DNA of 64,000 nucleotides, taken from NCBI GenBank assembly GCA_007376145.1, contig VMFP01000004.1, forward strand, positions 70,988 to 134,987, in the 5' to 3' direction. Within the stretch, counting starts at the first letter, position 1, and every line of letters starts with the position of its first letter. The DNA is from Parcubacteria group bacterium Gr01-1014_38 (GTDB lineage Bacteria > Patescibacteriota > Andersenbacteria > UBA10190 > CAIZMI01). The notes under the pieces were generated by a model. It searched no databases. It was given only the letters and a program-made list of their open reading frames with translations, and was not told the DNA's origin. A program made the position numbers and the translations under genes. Positions 18,620 to 28,472 of the stretch are shown in pieces.

Positions 18620-20517
18620 GAAATCCTCCGGTCCACGGCGTGCTGGAACCAGAGCTCGAGCATCAACAACAGCCAGAGGAACTTCCCACGGTTCACGCCG
18701 CCGGAGACATGCTGATCAACGAGCGCCTTGACTGCGGCTTGGTGGAGGAACCCGCGGCGCCGGGCGCGCTCCGAGAGAAGCGTCTCGCGAAGCAGAGGCT
18801 GCAACGCACCACGAAACCACCAATCCAGCGGAAGGGAAAACCCCTGCTTGGGCCGCGAGAGAATTTCGTCGGGAACGAGTCCGCGCGCGACGTTTTTAAG
18901 AAGAGCCTTGCGTCCGGTAATTCCGCGGATCTTCAGCGCGCTCGGCATCGTGGCGGTCAGCTCCAACAGATGATGATCGAGCAACGGGGAGCGTACTTCA
19001 AGTGAGACGGCCATGCTCGCAAGGTCCATCTTTACCAGAAGATCATCCGGCAGGTACGTGTGAAGATCCGCCTCCAGCGCTTGGTCAACGGGATCGTCGG
19101 TGCCTGATGCGCGGATGCGCTCTGCGACCGCCGCGAACGGATCGCCCGTGCCGACTGCCCGCGCCCCGTCGGGCGTGAGCAGGTGTCGCTGCTCATCGCG
19201 GAGGAAGTACCCGATATACGCGGCGTACCGTTCCGGCGACGGCGCGGAAAGACTCTGCAAGAAACGTCGGAGGCGAAATCCGGCAGTCTGTGGAACGCGG
19301 CGCGCGAGTGCGTGCACTCCTGCGGACGTGAGGAGCGTTCGGAGCAGCTGGACACGATCAATGGCGGAAGCGAGCTTCTGCACGGAATACCGTGGATACC
19401 CGCCAAAGTTCTCATCGCCTCCGTCGCCCGTGAGCGCGACGGTCACGTGCGATCGCGCGCTGCGGCAGACGAGCAGTGTCGGCAACGCGCTGCTATCGCC
19501 GAAGGGCTCCTCAAACTGGCGAACGAGCGTGGTGAGTTCCCGCACCGCCCCAGGCTCGACGACGCATTCCGTATGCACGGTTCCGTAGCGTTCTGCGACG
19601 AGGCGCGCGTACGGAAGCTCGTCGTGGGAAAACTCCGGAAAGCCGACGGAGAATGTCCGAATCGGATTCGTGCTCGCGCGTGCCATGAGTGCCGTCACCA
19701 GACTTGAATCAATGCCGCCCGAGAGCAATGTGCCGACGGGAACGTCGGCAACGAGGCGGACACCGACCGCCTCATCAAGAGCGCTGCGCACGCGATCGCG
19801 CCACTCCTGTGCCCCGAAGGACTGTTTCGGCGCAAGTCGGAGCGACCAGTATCGCCGCTTCTGTACGCGCCCGGAAGGGACATCGAGGGTGAGCAGATGC
19901 CCCGGCTCGAGCTTCTGGATGTTGCGAAACCCGGTCCGTGGGGATGGCACGTACTGGAGCGCGAGGTATTCGCCGAGAGCGGGGAAATCCGGCTCGCGCG
20001 GGCATTCGGCCTGTGTAAAGAGCGCCTTGAGCTCGGACGCGAAGAGGAACACCCGGCCATCATGATAATACTTGAACGGCTTCTTTCCTATCCGATCACG
20101 AGCGCAGAACAACACGCGCTCCTGTTCGTCGTAGAGGGCGAACGCGAACATCCCGCGCACGCGCTCCAGGCATCCGGGCCCGTCCCGGTGATAGAGCGCG
20201 AGAAGAACTTCCGTGTCGGTCTGCGACCGGAACCGTTCTCCTGTCGCTTCTAGTTCGGCGCGAAGCGCACGGAAGTTGTAGAGTTCGCCATTGAAAACGA
20301 TGCTGTATCGTTCCCGAAAACGCATGGGTTGATGGCCCGCGGGCGTGAGATCAACGATGGCAAGTCGCTGCGCACCGAGACCGACGCGGCCGTCGCGACT
20401 GACATATGTGCCGGTATCATCGGGACCGCGATGGACAATCGCCGCGTTCATCCGCGCGATGTCCGCGGCGGTCACGGGCTGCCCGTCAAACCGAATCTTC
20501 CCGGTGATCCCGCACAT
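18616..20517 (-). CDS. asnB: asparagine synthase (glutamine-hydrolysing) family amidotransferase
   Basis: MCGITG N-terminal nucleophile Cys2. The central PP-loop is SGGIDSS. Length is 633 aa. It overlaps the downstream methyltransferase start by 4 nt. Confidence 0.85.
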   Translation of the reverse strand: MCGITGKIRFDGQPVTAADIARMNAAIVHRGPDDTGTYVSRDGRVGLGAQRLAIVDLTPAGHQPMRFRERYSIVFNGELYNFRALRAELEATGERFRSQTDTEVLLALYHRDGPGCLERVRGMFAFALYDEQERVLFCARDRIGKKPFKYYHDGRVFLFASELKALFTQAECPREPDFPALGEYLALQYVPSPRTGFRNIQKLEPGHLLTLDVPSGRVQKRRYWSLRLAPKQSFGAQEWRDRVRSALDEAVGVRLVADVPVGTLLSGGIDSSLVTALMARASTNPIRTFSVGFPEFSHDELPYARLVAERYGTVHTECVVEPGAVRELTTLVRQFEEPFGDSSALPTLLVCRSARSHVTVALTGDGGDENFGGYPRYSVQKLASAIDRVQLLRTLLTSAGVHALARRVPQTAGFRLRRFLQSLSAPSPERYAAYIGYFLRDEQRHLLTPDGARAVGTGDPFAAVAERIRASGTDDPVDQALEADLHTYLPDDLLVKMDLASMAVSLEVRSPLLDHHLLELTATMPSALKIRGITGRKALLKNVARGLVPDEILSRPKQGFSLPLDWWFRGALQPLLRETLLSERARRRGFLHQAAVKALVDQHVSGGVNRGKFLWLLLMLELWFQHAVDRRIS

Positions 20518-21358
20518 GGGAGCGGAAGAGATACCAATTGTTCTCGAGACCAGGCGCCTCTCGAAGCTTCACGAGAGAGAACTCGGAAAAATGGTGCTGC
20601 ACATGCGAAAGTACGTCGTTGGCCGTGGCGTACTCGTAGGGGAACCCACCGAGCCAGTCATGAACGTCCGTCTTGAGCGCCATGCCGCGCTTCTCCGCGG
20701 CGTACACGTCTCCGTGCTGCACCGACGGTTTGCCGCGGAGAACGTTGCGCACTCCGTAGAGTAGCCGAAACACTTGGCGGGCTCGCGTCTGCTGCCAGTG
20801 CGGCGCCGTGACGTACCATCGTTTGACATGCCACCAGAACTTCGAGCCGAAAGGACCTCCCACGCGATTATACAGCGCGAGGTAGAGAACGCCGCCGGGA
20901 GCGACAAGGCGCGCAGTCCGGTCGAGTGCTTCCCACATGCTGCCCGTGTGATGCAAAACGCCCCAAGCGTACACAATATCCGCCGTTCCGAGAGATGCAA
21001 CGAATGCCGGATCGAGGATCGAGCCGTGCCGGATTGTCCAGTTCCTCGGCTCCCCCGCACGGCGCCAGAGTTCGCGCGCGCACGCAACTGCCTTCGCATC
21101 CGCATCCAGACTCAATACCTCGGACGTACCCAGGACGACCGCCGCGGCGTACGAGAAGAGGCCACTCCCGCACCCCACGTCGAGGAAACGTTTCCCGCGG
21201 AGGCACTCCTCCCCGAGAAAGCTCCGCAACGAGGCCGCGGCCGCATCGATCTGCTCCGGCGTCAGTTGAGAGAGGAAACGCCGCCAGTTTTCACCAAACG
21301 GGAACACCGCATCGCTGCTGGTCGCCGGAGATCGCGCTTCCGGTAGCGGCACAGTGCT
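20486..21358 (-). CDS. class I SAM-dependent methyltransferase
   Basis: FLDVGCGSGLFSYAAAV is motif I. The start MSTVPLP at 21358 overlaps the stop of the upstream GT4 gene (ATGA). Confidence 0.6.
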   Translation of the reverse strand, partial: STVPLPEARSPATSSDAVFPFGENWRRFLSQLTPEQIDAAAASLRSFLGEECLRGKRFLDVGCGSGLFSYAAAVVLGTSEVLSLDADAKAVACARELWRRAGEPRNWTIRHGSILDPAFVASLGTADIVYAWGVLHHTGSMWEALDRTARLVAPGGVLYLALYNRVGGPFGSKFWWHVKRWYVTAPHWQQTRARQVFRLLYGVRNVLRGKPSVQHGDVYAAEKRGMALKTDVHDWLGGFPYEYATANDVLSHVQHHFSEFSLVKLREAPGLENNWYLFRSHVRDHREDSV

Positions 21359-22512
21359 CATGCGGACGCGCGGTGTCGGATTTTTTCGTACAGAGTCTCC
21401 GTCCGCCGCGCAATATCTGCCCAAGAGAACTGCTGCGCACGCTCGCGGCTCTTCCGCCCGAAGGCGGCGCGCTGGGCCGGGTCTTCAAGAAGCATCTGCA
21501 AATGTTCGGCAAGGGCATCGGGGCTTTCCTTCTGAACGACAAACCCGTTTACCCCAGGAAGGATAAGTTCAGCCGAGCCACCAGTATTTGTCGCGATGAG
21601 CGGCAGGCCGCTCGCGAGGGCTTCCAAGAGCACGTTCGGCATGCCCTCCGCGAGGGACGTGAGGACGAAGATGTCCGCTTCCTGGTACACGGAAGGAAGA
21701 CGATCATGTTCAACATCCCCTTGGAAACGGACGATATCGGTTACTCCTACTGTGGCGGCAAAGGTGGCGAGGTACGGACGATCAACGCCGTCGCCGACAA
21801 TCTCCACCCGGAACGGCATGGACATTTTTTCCTTCAGACGTGCGGCAGCAACGAGAAGAACGTCAATGCGTTTCCGGCTGATGAGCCGGCTCACCGTGAG
21901 GATCGTGAGCGGGCCGCGTGCCGTCGGAGATGCTCCCGGCCGGAACTCATCGAGATCAACCCCATTCGGGATGACGGCCGCGGTGACGCTCGCATCAATG
22001 CGGCGGACACGCTCCTCAAGATCTGCGCTCACGACAATGAGACCGTCGGCATCCCGCCAGAGCCGTTTCACGAGCGGAGTGGCCCACTGATAGTGCCGCT
22101 CATATCCATAGGGCTTGAACCCCGGAATGTCTCCACCCCCCATGCGGATGAGATACGGGAGCCCGTGCGTCCGCTTGAGCAGCCACCCGATCGGTCCGCA
22201 GGGAACGCCGAAGAAGACGTGGACAAGATCGTACCGATGAAGCGACGCGAGCTGGAGCGCCTTTGGAGGAGCAGAAAGGAGGAACGTCGACATCTCGCGG
22301 ACGGAGCAAAAGTCCATGCGCCGGCGCCGCACAGGCACGCGGTAGACCGTCACGCCGTCCACGACCTCGCGCGCCGCAAGGCCGAAGCACCGCGACGTGA
22401 GCACGTCGACGACGTGGCCGCGGCGCTTAAGCTCGCGCGTGAGGTACCGGGTCGCCGTTGACCCCCCGCCGCCGATCGGGGGAAACTCGTAGTTAACCAC
22501 GAGGATACGCAT
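21358..22512 (-). CDS. GT4-family (GT-B) glycosyltransferase
   Basis: MRILVVNYEFPPIGGGGSTATRYL... The C-terminus has ...SLAEGMPNVLLEALASGLPLIATNTGG... (the E-x7-E-like Glycos_transf_1 region). Confidence 0.8.
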   Translation of the reverse strand: MRILVVNYEFPPIGGGGSTATRYLTRELKRRGHVVDVLTSRCFGLAAREVVDGVTVYRVPVRRRRMDFCSVREMSTFLLSAPPKALQLASLHRYDLVHVFFGVPCGPIGWLLKRTHGLPYLIRMGGGDIPGFKPYGYERHYQWATPLVKRLWRDADGLIVVSADLEERVRRIDASVTAAVIPNGVDLDEFRPGASPTARGPLTILTVSRLISRKRIDVLLVAAARLKEKMSMPFRVEIVGDGVDRPYLATFAATVGVTDIVRFQGDVEHDRLPSVYQEADIFVLTSLAEGMPNVLLEALASGLPLIATNTGGSAELILPGVNGFVVQKESPDALAEHLQMLLEDPAQRAAFGRKSRERAQQFSWADIARRTETLYEKIRHRASA

Positions 22513-22551
22513 GCTGCCCACACACTACGGGAATCCCTCCCCAATGCACAA

Positions 22552-24102
22552 ATGAACCGTGGGTACGACTCTCCAGTGAACGGCGCACACGCATCGCCGC
22601 CGACGGCGCTTCCCCGCTTGCTCCGTTTCGACGTGTCGGAACGGTCACTCACCACGCGGACGGTCCACGCCCTCACGCAGTACGGGGCGCTCGGCACCCT
22701 CGGCCTGCTGACCCTTCCGCTGTTTTCTCGACTTCTCGGGTCGGCCGGCGTCGGGCGGATGTTCCTCTACCTGACCATGCGGAGTTTCGTGCGTCACCTC
22801 TGCCTCGTAAACGTCCGGGAAGGAACACTCCCTCTCCTTCCGCACCTCACGGACCGAGCGGCGATTCGCGCACAGTACCTCGCCAGTCTCACGACGGGTC
22901 TCCTGTCCGCGGCGGTCTGGAGCCTGGTCGTCGCGACCCTCGGACCGTGGATCCTCCCTGCCGTCCTCCGGGATGCGAGCCCGGCGCTTAGCCTGCTGCT
23001 CTTCTCGACGGCGGTCGCCGACCTCGGGATCATGCTCCCCCAAGCCTTCCAGCGCACCCGTATCCTCGCCCTGGCGAATACCGCCGTGGAAGTTGGCGGA
23101 GTGACACTGGCTCTGGCGCTCGTTTTCGCAGGCCGGGGCCCCGAGGCGATCATCTGGGGATTGAGCGCCTCTGCTCTGCTGACGGGCATCGTCCTGCACG
23201 CGCTCGCGCTCCGAGCCGTCGGCGGATTCGCGCGCCCGCAACCGGCGCTCGCCCGGCACGCAATCCATTTCGGCGTACGTCTCTTGCCGATAACCTTCCT
23301 CCCGAAATTCCTCGACGGCATCGGGAGGATCACCGCCGCGGTCCTTCTCGACGAACGCGCCGTGGGCATTCTCGCCACGGCGTACCTCGTCGCGAGCCCT
23401 CTCCTCGCCACTCTCACGGTGCTCGGGTTCGTCTGGCTTCCCACCGCGAAATACCTCCTCGTCCACGACCGCGACCGGTTTGCGCGGCTCCTCGCGACGG
23501 CGCCGCGAGTCTTGGGAAGCGTTCTTGGTATCGGGATCATTCTCATCACGGCCATCGCTCCCGCCGTGATCCCGGCTGTGTCCACGCCGGATTTCGCCGC
23601 CGCGGCGACCGCGGTGCCGCTCATTGCCGCCGGACTCGCGTCCTTCGTCTTCGCGGCACTCCTCCAAGGACTCTTCCTCGCCATGGGAACGGTCCGCCCC
23701 GTCCTCCAGTCAGCACTTCTCTCACTCCTCGCCAGCGCGACACTCGCCTTTCCGCTGACGCGGTCCGCGGGGATGCTCGGCGCGGCGGCCGCCGGCACCA
23801 TCGGCTACGCGGTTCATGTCGGTGTTCTCCTCTTCCGCTGGCAGCAACTCGGTGCCGTGCCGCTCCCGTGGGCGCAGCTGCGGCTGATTGCCGGTCTTTC
23901 GACGCTCTTCGTTCTCGTCGCCGTTGGCGCCGGGCGACATCTGAGCGCGGCCGCCAGCGCGGCAGGCGGAGTCCTCCTCGCCGGCGGGCTGGTCTTCCTC
24001 CTCGGCCTGTTCGGCGTTTTCTCCTGGAGAGAACTCCGGCGCTTTACTCTTCTGCTGATGAAAGCGGGCGCACGCGCGTGGGCCCCGCGCGATCCTCTGT
24101 AG
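22552..24102 (+). CDS. polysaccharide flippase, Wzx-like (MOP superfamily), start uncertain
   Basis: About 12-14 predicted TM helices. The N-terminus LTLPLFSRLLGSAGVGRMF resembles the Polysacc_synt N-terminus. It is divergent from the GT4 gene. The true start is probably downstream of 22552. Confidence 0.5.
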   Translation: MNRGYDSPVNGAHASPPTALPRLLRFDVSERSLTTRTVHALTQYGALGTLGLLTLPLFSRLLGSAGVGRMFLYLTMRSFVRHLCLVNVREGTLPLLPHLTDRAAIRAQYLASLTTGLLSAAVWSLVVATLGPWILPAVLRDASPALSLLLFSTAVADLGIMLPQAFQRTRILALANTAVEVGGVTLALALVFAGRGPEAIIWGLSASALLTGIVLHALALRAVGGFARPQPALARHAIHFGVRLLPITFLPKFLDGIGRITAAVLLDERAVGILATAYLVASPLLATLTVLGFVWLPTAKYLLVHDRDRFARLLATAPRVLGSVLGIGIILITAIAPAVIPAVSTPDFAAAATAVPLIAAGLASFVFAALLQGLFLAMGTVRPVLQSALLSLLASATLAFPLTRSAGMLGAAAAGTIGYAVHVGVLLFRWQQLGAVPLPWAQLRLIAGLSTLFVLVAVGAGRHLSAAASAAGGVLLAGGLVFLLGLFGVFSWRELRRFTLLLMKAGARAWAPRDPL

Positions 24103-24159
24103 GCGTGTCCGCTTTTAAGAAACGGCCGCAAACGTGAGGCTTGGAGAGCATTCACCGAC

Positions 24160-25344
24160 TCAAAGAGCCGCTCGACCCGCGGCGGCAGGGAGAGCATCCA
24201 CTGGCACACCGCAGGCCGCGTACGCCGTGCGAACGACGTCGGCGACGTCTTCTTCGGTCATCCCCGCCCAGAGCGGCAAACGGACGAGCGTTTCTCCCAC
24301 CGTCGTGGTCACCGGGAGCGCCCCGTGCGACCGGCTGAACCTCTGGCCCGCCGGTGACGCGTGGAGCGGAACGTAATGGAAGACCGCGTAGATGCCACGC
24401 GCATTTAGGTGGGCGAGGAACGCATCCCGAGCCTCGTGCGTGGGGAGCAGCAGAGAGTACAGGTGAGCGTTGTGGACGCAGTGGGGCGGGACCACGGGCC
24501 GCCGGACCCTTCCCGCCGCCTCGAGGGGCGCCAGTGCAGCATGGTACCGCTCCCAGATGGCACGGCGGCGCGCGGTCACGGACTCGGCGCCTTCGAGCTG
24601 CGCGGCGAGGAACGCCGCCGTGACTTCGCTCGGCTGGAAGGAGGAACCGAGATCGACCCACGTGTACTTCTCCGTCTCCCCTCGCGCAAACGCACTCCGG
24701 TTGGTCCCCTTCTGCCAGAGGGTGTCGGCTCGCTCCCGGTAGCGGTCGTCATTGATGAGGAGCGCCCCGCCTTCACCCGAGGTGATGTTCTTCGTCTCGT
24801 GGAAGCTTAGCGCGGCGAGATGCCCGATGCTCCCGAGTTCGCGCCCCCGATACGTGGCCAACATCCCGTGCGCCGCATCCTCGATGACGACCAGTCGGTG
24901 TCGCCGTGCGATGTCTACGATCGCGTCCATCTCACATCCGATTCCCCCATAGTGGACGACGACGATCGCCCGGGTGCGCGCGCTGATCGCGGCCTCGATT
25001 CTTGTTTCGTCAAGATTGAGGGTGTCCGGACGAATATCCACGAACACCGGGGTTGCACCCCGCACGGCGAAGGCGTTCGCCGTCGAGACGAACGTGAACG
25101 AGGGCATGATGACTTCGTCGCCTGGCTGCAGATCCAGGAGGAGAGCGCAGAACTCGAGCGCCGCGGTACAGGAGTGGGTGAGCAGAACTTTCCCGCAGCC
25201 AAGATGCTCCTTAAGCCACGCGTGACACCGCTGCGTGAACATCCCGTTGCCTGACAGTTGACCGCGATCGAAGGCCTCCCTGATGTAGTCGAACTCTTTT
25301 CCGGAGAGCGACGGGCGGTTGAAGGGAATCCGGTACGGAGACAT
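24160..25344 (-). CDS. DegT/DnrJ/EryC1/StrS-family PLP aminotransferase, closest in motif pattern to dTDP-4-keto-6-deoxyhexose 4-aminotransferase (WecE/RffA type)
   Basis: From MSPYRIPFNRP: ...GKEFDYIREAFDRGQLSGNGMFTQRCHAWLKEHLGCGKVLLTHSCTAALE...FSFHETKNITSGEGGALLIND tracks the E. coli WecE sequence closely as I recall it. The Schiff-base Lys is retained. Confidence 0.75.
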   Translation of the reverse strand: MSPYRIPFNRPSLSGKEFDYIREAFDRGQLSGNGMFTQRCHAWLKEHLGCGKVLLTHSCTAALEFCALLLDLQPGDEVIMPSFTFVSTANAFAVRGATPVFVDIRPDTLNLDETRIEAAISARTRAIVVVHYGGIGCEMDAIVDIARRHRLVVIEDAAHGMLATYRGRELGSIGHLAALSFHETKNITSGEGGALLINDDRYRERADTLWQKGTNRSAFARGETEKYTWVDLGSSFQPSEVTAAFLAAQLEGAESVTARRRAIWERYHAALAPLEAAGRVRRPVVPPHCVHNAHLYSLLLPTHEARDAFLAHLNARGIYAVFHYVPLHASPAGQRFSRSHGALPVTTTVGETLVRLPLWAGMTEEDVADVVRTAYAACGVPVDALPAAAGRAAL

Positions 25345-25348
25345 AGAA

Positions 25349-26272
25349 TCACCCGAGCCGAACCGTGATGCTCTTGATGAGGTCGGCAGCGCAGGCGTCG
25401 GGTCCACCCTCGAGCTGAACACGCCGGAGAAGGATCACGCCGTCACCGGTCAGCACCCAGATCCCCTCGCCGGGCCGGACCTCTACCACGCGACCAGGGA
25501 TTCGGCCCGCGTACCGCCGCGGCGTAGGGAGCGGCTGCGCCGACCACACCGTGAGCCGCTTTCCCTCAAACCACGTGTATGCGCCGGTGTACGGTCTCGT
25601 GACGGCACGAATACAATTCCAGATGACGCTGGTCGGCTCGCTCCACACGATCCGGTTGTCCTCCGGTGTCCGTTTGCAGGTATACGTCGCGCGGGAGTGG
25701 TCCTGCGATCGCCGCGGCGCCCGACCCTCCCACAGAAGCGCGAGGTTTCGCTCAAGAAGCTGTACGTACCCCTCCGTAATGCGGGGCAACACATCGGCAA
25801 TCGTCTCCTCGAGCCGGAGAGGAGTTTCCCACTGGTCGATGATGTCCCCGGCGTCAACCTCCTCCGCGACATAAATCAGCGACACGCCGCCACGCGTCTC
25901 ACCGTTGACCAGAGCCCAGACCGTGGGCGAGAAGCCACGATAGGCGGGAAGAAGGGAATCATGAAAGACGACGGACGCGCGGCGGACGGCGCGGAGCAGC
26001 GGAAAAGAAACCAGATACCGCCAATGGACCATCAAAACGAGGTCAATCGGGTTCTGCCAGATTTCCGCCGCCTTGGGAGAGGAAACATTCTTGGTCTCGA
26101 AGAACCGCGCGCCGTGCGCCTCCGAGAACCGACGGATCTCCTCGAGGTAGGGCGGCTCCCACGGTTCCTCGCGGAAACTACAGACCGTGAGATCGTCGGC
26201 CGGACAGAGTTCACGCAACCGCCGGAGAACGACGAGACCGCGCGGCGTCGCGCAGAGGAGAACGATGGACAC
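25349..26272 (-). CDS. formyltransferase (Fmt/ArnA-N-terminal-like); candidate sugar N-formyltransferase
   Basis: VVFHDSLLPAYRGFSPTVWALVNGE is the Formyl_trans_N SLLP..RG motif. It is immediately downstream of folD/glyA and upstream of the 4-aminotransferase. Confidence 0.75.
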   Translation of the reverse strand: MSIVLLCATPRGLVVLRRLRELCPADDLTVCSFREEPWEPPYLEEIRRFSEAHGARFFETKNVSSPKAAEIWQNPIDLVLMVHWRYLVSFPLLRAVRRASVVFHDSLLPAYRGFSPTVWALVNGETRGGVSLIYVAEEVDAGDIIDQWETPLRLEETIADVLPRITEGYVQLLERNLALLWEGRAPRRSQDHSRATYTCKRTPEDNRIVWSEPTSVIWNCIRAVTRPYTGAYTWFEGKRLTVWSAQPLPTPRRYAGRIPGRVVEVRPGEGIWVLTGDGVILLRRVQLEGGPDACAADLIKSITVRLG

Positions 26273-26274
26273 GG

Positions 26275-27504
26275 TTACCGTGGGGAAGTTCGTGAGGGCG
26301 CGGAGGACGCCGACCCGACAACCAGTTGGGGGAAACGCTGCATCGTCTCCGACATGTCGCGGACGCTCTCGAGGTCCAGCCGCTGCTTCGCTGCAGTATA
26401 GAGCCGTTCATGAAAAGAGACCACGGCGTCAAGATCAAAGTAGCGGCGGATACCATCTCGCCCAGCGCGGCCGATTCGCTCCATCTGGGCGCGGTCTGCG
26501 CACAGCCGCCGGATGGCAGAACCCAGTGCGCGAACGTCTCTTGGGGGGACGAGGAGACCGTTCACGCCGTCGCGAAGAACTTCCTTCCGCATGTCGACGC
26601 GGAATCCGACGAGCGGCAAGCCTGCCGCGAGCGCATGGATGACCGTCATGTTGATTCCTTCGTTGACGGACGTACGGAGCACCAGGTCGGCACGACGGAA
26701 GAGCCGGTCGAGATCCCGGCGGTAGCCGGCGAAGAGGACGGCGTGGCCCACACGGCACGCCCGGACGAGCGAGCGAAGCCGGCGTTCCTCCGGACCCTCG
26801 CCGACGAGAAGGAGACGAGCGTGCGGCCATTCCGCAAGGACATGCTGCCAGGCTTGGATGGCATACTGGTGGCCCTTGTCGACATGGAGCCGCCCGATGG
26901 AGAGCGCGACGGGGTACGCGCCCGCGAGATCAAACGGTGGAAGCGTGAACTCTGGGTCCCTCCGGAGCGCGAACATCGGCGCCAGATCCCCCACGATCTC
27001 GACCGCTTTCACTTTCCTCGACGCAATCCCCGTCCCCTCCAGCTCCCACGGAGAAAAGGTGAGATAGAGCGTGACCCAGCGTTGGAGGAGGACGAGGGCA
27101 CGGAGGTACCACGACGCCGACTGCGCTCGCGTCGCCACGATCGTGTGTACGAACGGAACGCGGGCGAGACGCGCCCCGAGCGTTCCCAGAAGGAAGGAGA
27201 CGGGGAGGAAGGCGTGAACGATATCTGGCTGCTCACGCCGAAGAAGCAGACAGAGCCGAAGGAGAACGGGAAAGACTCGGAGAAGGCTTCTCCGGGGACT
27301 CAACGTCACGACCCGCAGTCCGCACTCCGGCAACATGGTCTCATACGCCCCGCCCGCGTGAAGCGCCACCACCGCGATCCGTACACCGCGGGAAACGAGA
27401 CACCTGCCGAGCTGCGCGATGTACTCCTGGGCACCACCAGCAACGAGCGTATCAATGAGGATCACGACTCGTGGATTCTGGCGCATGTTGTTTAGGACCC
27501 TCAC
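26275..27504 (-). CDS. GT4-family (GT-B) glycosyltransferase
   Basis: VVILIDTLVAGGAQEY..., then C-terminal ...SVNEGINMTVIHALAAGLPLVGFRVD... Confidence 0.7.
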   Translation of the reverse strand: MRVLNNMRQNPRVVILIDTLVAGGAQEYIAQLGRCLVSRGVRIAVVALHAGGAYETMLPECGLRVVTLSPRRSLLRVFPVLLRLCLLLRREQPDIVHAFLPVSFLLGTLGARLARVPFVHTIVATRAQSASWYLRALVLLQRWVTLYLTFSPWELEGTGIASRKVKAVEIVGDLAPMFALRRDPEFTLPPFDLAGAYPVALSIGRLHVDKGHQYAIQAWQHVLAEWPHARLLLVGEGPEERRLRSLVRACRVGHAVLFAGYRRDLDRLFRRADLVLRTSVNEGINMTVIHALAAGLPLVGFRVDMRKEVLRDGVNGLLVPPRDVRALGSAIRRLCADRAQMERIGRAGRDGIRRYFDLDAVVSFHERLYTAAKQRLDLESVRDMSETMQRFPQLVVGSASSAPSRTSPR

Positions 27505-27510
27505 GCGAGG

Positions 27511-28470
27511 TCAGTCTCGCGGTGCACGCAGTGTGATCGGCGGTGTGTTCGTGCTCGACGTCTCGCGCACGGGACGGTTGGCCCCCGGCACGAGAGGAGA
27601 AGACGGAGCTCCTGCTTCGGCCTGTTCCGCTGCCTGCACGACGTTTTCCAGGAGCAGACAGACGGTCATGGGACCGACGCCGCCCGGGACAGGCGTCAGC
27701 GCACCGGCGATCGGCCGAACCGACACTTCGTCGACGTCACCGTGCCACCCCTCGGCGGTGTGGTGCGCTCCGGCATCAACCACGATTGCTCCCGGACGGA
27801 CATGCGCGGCCGTGATGCCGCGGGGCATTCCTGTAGCAGCGACGAGCACGTCAGCGGACCGCGTGAGCGAGGCCAAGTCGCGCGTGCCCCGGTGGCAGAC
27901 GGTCACCGTTGCGTTCGCGTCGGGACGTTTCTGCAGCAGAAGAAGCGCCAGCGGCCTGCCGACGAGCCGCCCCCGTCCCACGACGACGACGTGCCGACCG
28001 GCGATGGTGATGCCGCTCCGGAGCAGGAGCTGATGGATTCCCGCCGGCGTCGGGGGGGGGAAGCGCGGTACGCCAAGCGCGAGGAGACCGAGGTTCTCCG
28101 GATGGAGACAGTCGACGTCCTTCAACGGCGCGATGTGCGCGAGGAGATCCGCCTCCGCATGTCCAGCCGGGAGGGGAAGCTGAAGGACGATCCCGTGGAT
28201 GTCTGGTGCGGTGCTCCACGCCGTCAGGAGATCGCGGAGCTCATCGTCGGAGGTCGCGGCTCCTCGCTGCTCGACAATCGTTCGAATGGCGAGGCGGCGG
28301 GCGGCATATTCCTTGTTCTTCACAAAGACGTGGATGACGGGATCCGTTCCCACCACGAGAAGCGCCAGCGTCGGTATCACGCCGCGCCGGACGAGCCCGT
28401 CGACGCGCGGAGCCAACTCCGCGTGGAGCGCGCGCGCAACCTGCCGGCCATCGAGGAGACGGGCGGACAT
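27511..28470 (-). CDS. folD: bifunctional methylene-THF dehydrogenase / methenyl-THF cyclohydrolase
   Basis: From MSARLLDG: ...KNKEYAARRLAI...GIVLQLPLP...VVVVGRGRLVGRPLALLL...PVPGGVGPMTV. It has a Pro-rich C-terminal tail. It contains a G8/C8 run at 28052-28059. Confidence 0.8.
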   Translation of the reverse strand: MSARLLDGRQVARALHAELAPRVDGLVRRGVIPTLALLVVGTDPVIHVFVKNKEYAARRLAIRTIVEQRGAATSDDELRDLLTAWSTAPDIHGIVLQLPLPAGHAEADLLAHIAPLKDVDCLHPENLGLLALGVPRFPPPTPAGIHQLLLRSGITIAGRHVVVVGRGRLVGRPLALLLLQKRPDANATVTVCHRGTRDLASLTRSADVLVAATGMPRGITAAHVRPGAIVVDAGAHHTAEGWHGDVDEVSVRPIAGALTPVPGGVGPMTVCLLLENVVQAAEQAEAGAPSSPLVPGANRPVRETSSTNTPPITLRAPRD

Positions 28471-28472
28471 GC

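Noticed and set aside
22645-23801. Long ORFs (340 aa and 335 aa) antisense to the Wzx-like flippase gene
   Set aside because: Their composition is extremely Arg/Glu/Gly-rich and low-complexity. This is typical of antisense frames in high-GC DNA. The sense frame encodes a coherent 12-14 TM protein.
24160-25344. Assigning the aminotransferase specifically as ArnB (UDP-Ara4N pathway), given the nearby formyltransferase, GT2 and ArnT-like genes and the UXS-like SDR
   Set aside because: The N-terminal motif pattern tracks WecE (dTDP-sugar 4-aminotransferase) much more closely than ArnB. The formyltransferase and decarboxylase-like SDR are separate and 37 kb apart. A split Ara4N pathway is possible but not supported strongly enough.
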